Part shown: positions 39,618 to 50,830 of the stretch, piece after piece | How positions within the stretch are numbered: the first letter of the stretch is position 1 | How the letters are laid out: every line of letters starts with the position of its first letter | Notes under the pieces: generated by a model | Databases searched by the model: none | Told to the model about the DNA's origin: nothing | Seen by the model: the letters and a program-made list of their open reading frames with translations, nothing else | Origin: Octopus sinensis | Taxonomy: Eukaryota | Reading direction: 5' to 3' | Assembly: GCF_006345805.1 (NCBI RefSeq) | Contig: NC_043002.1 | Coordinates: forward strand, 57,536,001-57,600,000 | Length of the DNA: 64,000 nucleotides | Program-made: the position numbers and the translations under genes

Positions 39618-39620
<3 letters not shown>
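39420..39620 (+). mobile_element. PLE-derived terminal (pLTR-like) segment with degenerate minimal hammerhead
   Basis: CTGACGA(39486)-A-GAGC tcc GTTC-GAAA-CGTT; ends ...ggattaacta+(CA/TA)n. Confidence 0.6.
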
Positions 39621-39660
<40 letters not shown>

Positions 39661-39840
39661 GTATATATATATATATCTTACAGCTGTTTCAGCCATGCAG
39701 ATATGGGTATCTCATTATGCTCATATTAGCCTGGTGTGATAAGGTAATATGTGGTTATAAATGATTCTTTTACTAATATCAGTCATTAGACTGTGGCCAT
39801 ACCGGAGCACACCCACACACACACATATATATAACAGGAA

Positions 39841-39913
39841 TCTTACTGAAGAGCCTACCTGAGTAAATAAATATTATTTTTATGGCTGAAATAGGCGAAA
39901 CTGCAGTCTAAGA
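39841..39913 (+). ncRNA. Type I hammerhead ribozyme, unit 1 (predicted cleavage after 39908)
   Basis: TCTTA-CTGAAGA-GCCTA..TAGGC-GAAA-C tgca G-TC|TAAGA: all core residues canonical, stems I and II paired, palindromic loop 3. Confidence 0.85.
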
Positions 39914-40244
39914 AGAACTAAGTTTGTAAAAGTTTTTAATTTTCATCTCATTAAATTTATCCAGCTTTTGTGTATCTAGTACACACTTCGCCTTTTAATG
40001 TACTTATATATAAATAATATATGGCGTGTCCTAGAACACCGGCGATAATAATTAATTTTATTGTATCGCATTTGACTTTGTTTACGTATTTTCTCGATAA
40101 ATTTTTGAGCGTTAGACGATATACCAGAAAACCCTATTTTGTCGGGTACGTTCTGGGTCTGCGCAGTGATTTGAATAGTTTAGAAAGAGCAATTTAATAG
40201 ACGCATGTGCCTCTATTGATCTGCGCTTCCCATAATAACAGGAA

Positions 40245-40317
40245 TCTTACTGAAGAGCCTACCTGAGTAAATAAATATTATTTTTATTGCTGAAATAGGC
40301 GAAACTGCAGTCTAAGA
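40245..40317 (+). ncRNA. Type I hammerhead ribozyme, unit 2 (predicted cleavage after 40312)
   Basis: Same architecture as unit 1; helix II can extend via agt(a)aataaa/tttattgct. Confidence 0.85.
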
Positions 40318-40648
40318 AGAACTAAGTTTGTAAAAGTTTTTAATTTTCATCTCATTAAATTTATCCAGCTTTTGTGTATCTAGTACACACTTCGCCTTTT
40401 AATGTACTTATATATGAATAATATATGGCGTGTCCTAGAACACCGGCGATAATAATTAATTTTATTGTATCGCATTTGACTTTGTTTACGTATTTTCTCG
40501 ATAAATTTTTGAGCGTTAGACGATATACCAGAAAACCCTATTTTGTCGGGTACGTTCTGAGTCTGCGCAGTGATTTGAATAGTTTAGAAAGAACAATTTA
40601 ATAGACGCATGTGCCTCTATTCATCCGCGCTTCCCATAATAACAGGAA

Positions 40649-40721
40649 TCTTACTGAAGAGCCTACATGAGTAAATAAATATTATTTTTATTGTTGAAAT
40701 AGGCGAAACTGCAGTCTAAGA
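40649..40721 (+). ncRNA. Type I hammerhead ribozyme, unit 3 (predicted cleavage after 40716)
   Basis: Same architecture as unit 1. Confidence 0.85.
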
Positions 40722-41052
40722 AGAACTAAGTTTGTAAAAGTTTTTAATTTTCATCTCATTAAATTTATCCAGCTTTTGTGTATCTAGTACACACTTCGCC
40801 TTTTAATGTACTTATATATGAATAATATATGGCGTGTCCTAGAACACCGGCGATAATAATTAATTTTATTGTATCGCATTTGACTTTGTTTACGTATTTT
40901 CTCGATAAATTTTTGAGCGTTAGACGATATACCAGAAAACCCTATTTTGTCGGGTACGTTCTGGGTCTGCGCAGTGATTTGAATAGTTTAGAAAGAACAA
41001 TTTAATAGACGCATGTGCCTCTATTGATCTGCGCTTCCCATAATAACAGGAA

Positions 41053-41122
41053 TCTTACTGAAGAGCCTACCTGAGTAAATAAATATTTTTATTGCTGAAA
41101 TAGGCGAAACTGTAGTCTAAGA
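41053..41122 (+). ncRNA. Type I hammerhead ribozyme, unit 4 (predicted cleavage after 41117)
   Basis: Core intact; loop 3 is TGTA instead of TGCA, with a 3-nt deletion in helix II. Confidence 0.78.
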
Positions 41123-41291
41123 AGAACTAAGTTTGTAAAAGTTTTAAATTTTCATCTCATTAAATTTATCCAGCTTTTGTGTATCTAGTACACACTTCGC
41201 CTTTTAATGTACTTATATATGAATAATATATGGCGTGTCCTAGAACACCGGCGATAATAATTAATTTTATTGTATCGCATTTGACTTTGTT

Positions 41292-41384
<93 letters not shown>

Positions 41385-41575
41385 TATATATATAAAGTTA
41401 ATCCACATATGAAACACAAAGAGAAAACATAGTGGCTGCTTCCCAACCACATGATTCTGGGTTCAGTTTTACTGGATGGCACCTTGTGCAATTCTTTTGC
41501 AATGTCATCACTGGCCAATCAAAAACTTGTGAGTGGATCTGGATTTCGTAGACGGTAACTGATAGAAGCTCGTCT

Positions 41576-41638
<63 letters not shown>

Positions 41639-41639
41639 A

Positions 41640-41900
41640 TAAAACAAAATAAGAAAACGAGAGCAATACACCTTAATCAATAACCAATTACCAGATAATA
41701 CCCAATCACATAATTTGTTAACCCACTACATATGAACATCAAGGTCAAACATAATAATATAGAACAAAACAATGCACATCAATGAGTAATAAGATACAAT
41801 ATGTATAAGTGATTATAAATAGATATAAACTACATCTTACAGCTGTTTCAGCCATGCAGATATGGGTATCTCATTATGCTGATTTTAGCCTGGTGTGATA
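41640..41900 (-). mobile_element. PLE-like terminal segment with partial hammerhead
   Basis: Minus GGCT-GAAA-C agct G-TA|AGATG, the same 3' half as the PLE hammerhead at 54365-54420; the CUGANGA core is degenerate. Confidence 0.45.
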
Positions 41901-41934
41901 AGTTAATATGTGGTTATAAATGATTCTTTTACTA

Positions 41935-42187
41935 ATATCAGTCATTAGACTGTGGCCATACCGGAGCACAAAATTGAGGATGTTTTTAGTCCAACTGATT
42001 GACTCCAGTACTTATTTTGAAAAGTTGTACTTATTCTATATCGAACTCATTTGTTGAAACGCTAAGTTAATCACACACATACGACAGGCGTCTTTCAGTT
42101 TCTGTCTACCAAATCCACTCATAAAGCTTTGGTCTGCCCGAGGCAATAATTGAAAACACTTGCCCAAGGTTGTGATGCAAGCTTCTT
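41935..42187 (-). mobile_element. SINE family B interrupted by the ORF1-only element (resumes at 43731-43765)
   Basis: ...aacacttgcccaagg..gcaagcttctt at left; aagcttcttaccacacgaccatgcctacgcct at right. Confidence 0.75.
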
Positions 42188-43730
42188 TTATTAATTCAAT
42201 TGGCCACAAGGGCCTTACAAAGAAAGGAAGCTGCGGACTAGGCAAGGACATAATGAGATGAAATGATAGATGATATGATAATAATGAGGGAAACAGCAAC
42301 GCCCGCCGAGCACATTGTTCTTTATAAATACATATTGGCAAGAAACCTCTTACATAACAAAACATAAAGGAGGCAATAAACCTCTTGCAAGAAAGCCATT
42401 GTGAGGCAGAAACCTCTTACACAAATCAAACATTGTTGTTCATCTTTCGTGTTTTCCTTTTTTCAAGCAGGTTTCCACCTCCTCGTCTTCCTCCCTCTCT
42501 TCTTCCAATGAGGGAGTGGGGAGCGGTATTTTAATCAACTCCTCTAGGACCTTATTTTGGTCCTCCGGACAGTTCTTTTTGATATGGCCCAGCTCCAGAC
42601 ACAGGTGACACTTGAGTGGGGGGCATCCCTCAAGCATCACTGGATATCTAGACCCGGCCATTCATAAAAAATCTGGAAATACCAAATTTTCGGCTGATTG
42701 GGTCCATTGGGTCAAAACAGCTTTCGACCCCTCCCAATCAGCCGTAGGCAAAATGTTTACATTGAGTAGCTTGGTATTGCTCCCACCCAGACCCCGGCGG
42801 ATAGTATCCTTTATCCACTCAGGCTCAATTCCTGGTGGCAAAGCGCAGACCCAAGCCCTCGTCAACTTCCCAATAAGTGGGAAGGAACAAAATTTCCCTG
42901 CCCTCCAGGGGCTGGCTTGCGAATTTGCGAGACCCTTCAGAGGTATCAAATAGCAACCACACCGTTGCATATTTGATTCTCCGAGGGTTATATATTTAAT
43001 AGCTGGTTTATAATCTGCCAGCTCCTTTTCAATCATTTTTTTTTCTGGAAGACTGCTATGGTGTTGAGGGACTTGGAGTAAGTCCTCAGCACCACCGTCT
43101 TCCTTTCAAATTCTTCTAACCAGTTTTTGGGTGGTGTTATTTCCCATTCTGTAAGTTTGTTTTTTGCCATGTGAAAAATATATACTTCTAAATACAGTCC
43201 ACAAAAAATTCAAATAATAAAAAAATAACAAAAAGGAAGTCTTAACAAAAAGGAAGAAAAAATTAAAATAAACAGTTCAATATAGCGTTTCAGAAAATAA
43301 AATACAGAAGAAGAGAGAGTTCAAAACAGCAAAATCAAATAATTTTTGGTCACACGGTACTCCGACCTTCACAGTTTTTCTCAATTCTCGTCCAATTCTT
43401 CGAAATTGCATTTTTTTTGAAAAAATCTTTCGCGAATTTAAACAAGAACCGATTAAATTGGAGGCGGGAGACGCCTCCAAACAGCAGTTCTCACAATTAA
43501 GTGAGAAAAACAAACTGCTCTACCGCAAGAAGACCAAAGCCCAGAATCCAGTGAGGACTCCTTGCTTGTACAAAAACTAAACCTCACAAAAAACGAACCC
43601 CACTGACTAAAAAAGCAAAAAGTCTTACGTTACAGTAGAGCGTCTTTCAATTACAATTTTCGTCCGCTGCACACCAGCGTGACGACTTCTAAAGGTGAGT
43701 GAAGAAAACTAAACGACCGGAACCGGAAGT
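42188..43730 (-). mobile_element. Non-autonomous ORF1-only Tx1-like retroelement (HAL1-like)
   Basis: Starts ACTTCCGGTTCCGG on minus. About 560-nt 5' UTR, ORF1, about 250-nt 3' UTR ending GGCCCTTGTGGCC..AATAAA. Flanked by AAGCTTCTT at 42179-42187 and 43731-43739. Confidence 0.75.
42440..43170 (-). pseudogene. Tx1-type ORF1 (gag-like nucleic-acid-binding protein with CCHC zinc knuckle), disrupted
   Basis: MAKNKLTEWEITPPKN... then a frameshift in an A8 run (43037-43044), MIEKELADY...TRAWVCALPPGIEPEWI..., in-frame TGA at 42662-42664, then RYPVMLEGCPPLKCHLCLELGHIKKNCP (CX2CX4HX4C). About 240 aa reconstructed. Confidence 0.8.
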
Positions 43731-43803
43731 AAGCTTCTTACCACACGACCATGCCTACGCCTATATATACATACATACATACATACATACATACATACAT
43801 ACA

Positions 43804-43839
<36 letters not shown>

Positions 43840-44010
43840 TAAAACCAAACATTGAAAAAATATACTTGTAGTCTTTTAGATGGTTTTCTAAAGATTTTTC
43901 TGATTTTGAAAACACAACTGAAATAGAAAGATGTGGGGCTATACTGCAGAAGCAAGAAAGTTATGGCATGGCCCTAAACCTGTCTGTCTCAGATGACTTT
44001 TGAAAATCCT

Positions 44011-44542
44011 GAAAAATCTATGAAACCGGTTAGACCTTTAAGAATAAACCTAAAAAACCTTGATATATTTTCAACTACCTATTTTCTATATTTCTTCCCG
44101 TGTGGAATAGAATATCCTTATATGTATGTCTCTTCTATTTTTTAATTATAATAAATAATGGGCTGGTGCAGAATTATTGCAGCTTTTTTACAACATATTT
44201 TATCCAACAAAACCAATAACAATATTTAACAAAGACATCTTTAAATGATGATCTCACAGTCTGCCAAGCAAACGGAAAGCAGCAATTGAAGTAGATGGTG
44301 AATATGCCACGAAATAATCATTTAAAGATGCTTTTGCTACAAGTTGTTTTTGTTCAATAAAAGTTATTGAAAAAAAAAAAAAGCCGCAATAATTATGCAC
44401 CAACCCGACTGAAACACGTACATATAAGAAGGATATTTTAATCCACAGGGGAAGAAATATAGAAAAAAATGTAGTTGAAAATACATCAAGCTTTATTTAC
44501 AAGGTTTATTTTTAAAGGTCTAACCGGTTTCACAGATTTTTC
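44011..44542. repeat. ~125-bp imperfect inverted repeats enclosing a mariner MITE
   Basis: 44011-44132 is the reverse complement of 44411-44542. Confidence 0.8.
44158..44408. mobile_element. Mariner-derived MITE (~250 bp)
   Basis: TIRs gggctggtgcagaattattgcagcttttt / aaaaagccgcaataattatgcaccaaccc, of the Hsmar-type GGTGCA TIR class. Confidence 0.8.
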
Positions 44543-44575
44543 TATGCATATATATATATATATATACACACATAC

Positions 44576-44610
<35 letters not shown>

Positions 44611-44676
44611 TGTATGTATGTATGTATGTATGTATGTATGTATATATGTATACATATATATGTACGTATGTATGTA

Positions 44677-44810
<134 letters not shown>

Positions 44811-44842
44811 TACGTATATATATATAAGAATGTATAAATATA

Positions 44843-44880
<38 letters not shown>

Positions 44881-45022
44881 TTAAAAATAGGATAAATCTT
44901 TATAAGAAATTATCAAGTAGTTAGCGTGAAAAAACTCATAAGGGAATAAGTAATATATTATATATATATAATATATATATATAATATATATACATACATA
45001 ATCATATGCATCTACATGTATA

Positions 45023-45100
<78 letters not shown>

Positions 45101-45345
45101 CACGCAGAATTATACATGTACATGTGCGTGTATGTATGTACAGACGTTTAGAAGTGTATGAATAATGCATATAATCAATATGCATTTATATATATGGTAG
45201 ATGCACACACTTGTACATGCGCATATAATACACATATACACATATACGTAACAGCATTTAACTGTCTATCTATATATACTTACACATACAAACGCACTTG
45301 CATTTAAATTTATGCATGCACGTATTCGTACACATATATATGTAC

Positions 45346-45390
<45 letters not shown>

Positions 45391-45517
45391 CATATATGTG
45401 TGTGTACATGTATGTGTATATATATATGCATATATGTATATATACATATATATGCATATATGTTTGTTTTATATTACACACACATATATAATACATACAT
45501 ACATATATATATATATA

Positions 45518-45560
<43 letters not shown>

Positions 45561-45595
45561 TGTATATATAAATATATATATTACATCAATTCATA

Positions 45596-45650
<55 letters not shown>

Positions 45651-45658
45651 GAATATAT

Positions 45659-45700
<42 letters not shown>

Positions 45701-46699
45701 ATAATATACATATATATATGAATTGATGTATGTATGTATTCGGTTGGGGTCTTCTGGGAGAAAGCTTAAACCATATAATCAATCCGCTGCTTCTCGTATT
45801 GGAAAGTAAACGATTACCAAAGTACAAAACTCCGTTTAAATACACGAACTAAAAAATACTGAAGCTCCACCAAAGCAAAACAAGCAAAGCAAAACAAAAG
45901 CCACAACGCCATCAGAAACGAAAACAGAAGAGAAAACTGTAAACACATCATTTCTGAAGCCTTTCAGACCCTTTCACATAAATATATTCAATCATAACAT
46001 ATTGTTTATAATAAGTTCGAAAGTGAAATCTGAGGTGTACAGTAGATTTCAGTGGGAGTGGGAGACGTACTTTAAACAGAATGCTTTCGCTGGTTCCACT
46101 GTTTGTTCGGTTGCCAATGTCTGTTTGTGTAAGTCGTTCTCTGTTTACGTGTTTGTGCATCTGTGTTTTGCGGGCGCGCGGGTGCTTGTCTGTACGCGCA
46201 CGTGTCTGTTTCTATGTGTGCGTGTGTGTTTGCATGTTTGTGTGAATGTCCGTTTGTGTTCGTATGCGTGCGTGTTTGTGCGTGTGTGTATTTGCGCTCC
46301 TGTCAAACCAGCTTCGCCAAAGAAAGAATTTTTCTTTTCTCTCTCTTTAGTTTTCCGTGGTTGTTGTGAAGCAGTACTTATGTGTTTCAATGAATATATA
46401 CTTGTTAGTATTGCTGCTGCTGCAATAGTAAGCGCGCACACACACCACACACACACACACACACAACACACACAAACACGCACGCACGCACACACACATA
46501 CACACACACACACATACTGTCTCTCTCTCTCTCTCTCTCTCAACCAATCACAAAAATGCATTCATGCATGTACACATACATGCATAAACCATCTTTCCTT
46601 TCTACCTGAAAAAGAGACATACAAACACACGCACGTATACATATACGTACGCGTGTATATATATGTACATATGTATATATATACATGCATACATACTAT

Positions 46700-46736
<37 letters not shown>

Positions 46737-46823
46737 TATATATATATATATACATAGATACATACATATATATATATCCCATATATACATAATACATATA
46801 CATATATATAAACATATTTATAT

Positions 46824-46866
<43 letters not shown>

Positions 46867-46890
46867 ATATATATATAGATTTGTATATAT

Positions 46891-46928
<38 letters not shown>

Positions 46929-47080
46929 TATATATCGTCACTTCTGGAACTTGACTGAAAAAGAAAGCCAAGAATGACCCGTCTTTTTTGCCTGTCCTTT
47001 TAATTGTTGTTTTTCTTGTCCCCCTTTGTGTCGTGTATCTGTCCGAACGTTTTAATGCCCTCTGTTGTGTTTTTGTTCCC

Positions 47081-47481
47081 GAGCTGGCAGAATCGTTAGC
47101 ACGCTGGACGAAATGCTTAGCGGTATTTCGTCTGCGTTACGTTGTGAGTTCAAATTCCGCCGAGGTGACTTTGCCTTTCATCCTTTCAGGGTCGATAAAT
47201 TAAGTACCAGTTACGCACTGGGGTCGATGTAATCGACTTAATACTTATGTTTGTCCTTGTTTGTCCCCTCTGTGTTTAGCCCCTTGTGGGTAATAAAGAA
47301 ATAGGTATTTCGTCAGTTGTTACGTTCTGAGTTCAAATTCCGCCGAGGTCGACTTTGCCTTCCATCTTTTTGGGGTCGATTAAATAAGTACCAGCTACGC
47401 ACTGGTTCGATATAATCGACTTAATACGTTTGTCTGTCCTTGTTTGTTCCCTCTATGTTTAGCCCCTTGTGGGCAATAGAG

Positions 47482-47485
<4 letters not shown>
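47081..47485 (+). mobile_element. SINE family A composite dimer (tail 1 twice)
   Basis: Tail 1 ends agccccttgtgggtaataaagaaata, then ggtatttcgtc, a second body, and agccccttgtgggcaatagagaaa. Confidence 0.9.
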
Positions 47486-47522
<37 letters not shown>

Positions 47523-48108
47523 CTTTTTAAATTGATTCAGCTTTAGAGCGGTTTTACATGCTAATAATTTAATAGCAGCTTGGTTTGTCTTAGCACGCAT
47601 GAACAAATGATTAGCTTGCTGAATTCTATAGATAGGAGCTTGTTCTTGTGCCGCTGCATATTCCGGACATGTCTGTCACTGAAAAGGCACAGCTATGCCG
47701 AAACTTGGTGTGTGAGAATCCGCTAACCACACTGGAAAAAATATGTCGTGTATACACATTGTCTAAAAGGAAAAGTTGTTCGCTGAAGACTTAATCCAAC
47801 AAGGAATCTGCGCTTATGCTCAAGTCTGGTGAAACGCTTTGAGGAGGAATATACACATTTTCGCTCTTTTTCGGCTGATAGTAACTGCATAGAACCTATT
47901 TACTTATGCTCAGAACAAAACAACAGGAATTATCTCTGATTGACGAGTGGAGCACTATCTCCTCCAGCAATCATGAGACTGAATATTTAGCCACTAACAG
48001 CTACAACGATAGCGTAGAAACAATTATCGTATTTTGTTGATTAAAGCCTGTTTATTTCATCTCCTTTTATAGACAGGAGCGCGCGCGCGCACACACACAC
48101 ATAAATAC

Positions 48109-48164
<56 letters not shown>

Positions 48165-48389
48165 TCCATAAAGGTTTTGACCTTACCTCATTATTCTGAT
48201 TTAGTTCGTATCATATTTCTTGTAACCACATTTGAACTCGTTATATTCTATGCATGAATAGATCTTTATGCCAACGATTAAGACGAAGTCGTTATCATCA
48301 TCATCATCATCATCATCATCATTACAGTTATTATTATTATTCTTATCATAATTGTTGTTGTTATTATTGTTGTTGTTGGTATATTATTA

Positions 48390-48441
<52 letters not shown>

Positions 48442-48464
48442 CATTGTTTTATATTATTATTATA

Positions 48465-48517
<53 letters not shown>

Positions 48518-48895
48518 CATCATCATCATTCAAATCCCTCGCTTCCGAATAAACTATTTCGTTTTCTTCTCCTTGTCTACGTCATTGTCTCTCTCTGTCT
48601 TGTTTTCTCAATAGAATCTCGGTGAACAATGCCACTATCTTCCATATATCACCAGTATCCATACCATTATTTGAAATAGACGTTTAGTCACGTCTATTCG
48701 TGTTATGAAATGTTCCCAGAAATAAAAGATAGGTGGAAGCACAAACAATATATTTTTTATCAATTCTATATTAATCTCGCTACCAACACTTTTTTTCTTC
48801 CGAACGCCGTTATCTCTATTTGAACCCCATTTTTTACAGGCAAACATCATCTTAGAATTTACGTATACATACATATACAAATACAGATGTTCAAG

Positions 48896-48947
<52 letters not shown>

Positions 48948-48972
48948 ATATATATTTGTGCATATGAATAGT

Positions 48973-49113
48973 TACGTCACTAAAGCGACTGAGGGCGCTA
49001 TCCAGCAACAGTATTGCTAGAAATAATAGTCAAGACAAGACATGAGTTGTTTTGACTCTTATTTCCAGCAATACTGGCTGCTGAATAGCGTCCTCAGTCG
49101 CTTTGGTGACGTA
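48973..49113. mobile_element. 141-bp near-perfect hairpin / palindromic MITE
   Basis: tacgtcactaaagcgactgagggcgctatccagc... versus ...gctgaatagcgtcctcagtcgctttggtgacgta; arms about 66 bp. Confidence 0.8.
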
Positions 49114-49209
49114 TATATTTTCGATTGAAAAATTGCTAACAGCCACCCCTATTATTTCTATGTGGATATGTAAGGTAGTATTTTCGGGGAAGGTGTGTTG
49201 TTGTGTTGA

Positions 49210-49290
49210 ACGTTTCTCAAAGTTTCTATTAGACTAAACAAGGAAACATTCTTCATTGAAAAATACAAGCCCAAACTTAACCATTCCAAC
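49210..49290 (+). mobile_element. PLE GIY-YIG C-terminal fragment
   Basis: RLNKETFFIEKYKPKLN (49231-49281) matches the R..KE..FI..YKP.LN pattern. Confidence 0.55.
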
Positions 49291-49612
49291 ATTCTTATAC
49301 AGAGAAACTCACTCCCAAAAAAAGGCAAGAAATATTAAGCGATTATCTCCCTTACACCGGAAGAAATCACTTATTACCTCACCTTATCTGGAACTCTTCT
49401 CCACACTTCTCAACGTAAACATAACGATGTAAGACATTTGAAAAGCTGAACGCGAAACCAGTCATTTCTTCAAAAACTATGTCATTGTATGAAAAAAATT
49501 TATAACATTCTTCAGACATAATGACTCAAATATATATTTTTTAACCTTTTAAAACAAGCCTTCTGTAGTTTTTCACTTTACTATTTTATATTATATATAT
49601 ATATATATATAT

Positions 49613-49659
<47 letters not shown>

Positions 49660-49662
<3 letters not shown>

Positions 49663-49950
49663 TGGCGCACTGGGTCTAAAAATATTGGTTGCCAGGAGAT
49701 TAAGGGGGTCCACCCGCAACTGCAATGCTATCATTTTTTCTTTTTTTTGCTTAAAGTATTCTTTTCAACTGTCTTCAAACACAGCCAGGCTGAAATAATT
49801 ACTGCATTCTTCCAGGAGTGGATAAAAATCCTCAAACTTGAGGGGATGTGTCTCCCCTTAGATACTAACATGGGCCAACATGTATGAATTTTAATGGCGC
49901 AGGGGCCCATTGGCATCGGGAAAGTTGGCAACCTGGTCAGTCCGCCACTG
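49660..49950. mobile_element. 291-bp MITE with CAGTGGCG termini (hAT-like)
   Basis: CAGTGGCGCACTG ... CAGTCCGCCACTG; TATATATA on both sides, compatible with an 8-bp TSD. Confidence 0.7.
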
Positions 49951-50717
49951 TATATATATTATATATATATATGTATACACACTCACACACACACATGTAT
50001 ATATATAATGTATATTTATATATTTGTTATCGCGTTATATAAGCTAATATTCAAGACTTGTCATCTTTAGTTTTCTTAATATGGCACGGTAGCTAATCCT
50101 CTGGGGATTTAACTCTATCATGGGAGGAGATGGCGGAAGAGGCAAGAGAGAGGAAGAGAGTTAGGTACCTAGATTCGGTGTAGGGGTGTCGTAAGACCGA
50201 TCGATTTACTAGTGGAAGTGAGCAGTTGAGTAAGACCTATGGAACCACAAAAATAAGCAGAGTAAGAAACATCAAAGGACAGCGTAGCGGCTATTGTGAA
50301 AGCATCTAGATGACACTAGCTGAAGAGTAATGATAGGGTCAGTAAGATGCGTTTTGATCGCCTGGATGAGAAACTACCACTAACCCCTAGATATTTCGCT
50401 GACGGTGCATCTGTGTACGTCATTTATAAATGTTTAATAGAACGATAGACACACGTAATGCTATATATGTAAGCCTTCCAGATTATCATATTACCCAGGA
50501 ACTAATCAACTTTTATAACAGTCTTTGGTCCAACGGAGGATGACAAGCCAAGTTGTCACCATAGCAACTAGATTTCATTCATATATACTTATAGGCTTTC
50601 CCGTATTTTCTTTGTTGAATACTTGAGGTCACAGCATCAATTGCTCGTTGAGTCGTTCTGCAATCTCTCTGATTGTATATCCTGCTAAAAATAAGCCGGC
50701 ACTGGTTACGTTCAAAG

Positions 50718-50830
<113 letters not shown>

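Larger units (their letters stand above)
39833..41294 (+). repeat. 404-bp tandem array (3.6 units) with one hammerhead per unit; putative non-LTR retrozyme
   Basis: aacaggaatc recurs at 39833, 40237, 40641 and 41045. Units differ by only a few substitutions. The array is bounded by (TA)n-type tracts. Confidence 0.9.

Noticed and set aside
39833-41294. Array as a CRISPR locus or a coding repeat
   Set aside because: Units are contiguous 404-bp copies with no unique spacers, no cas genes, no sustained ORF, and a eukaryotic context.
47679-47715. CTGAAAA-GGCA..TGCC-GAAA hammerhead-like motif
   Set aside because: G8 is missing, the cleavage triplet would end in G, and stem I is weak; at most a decayed relic.
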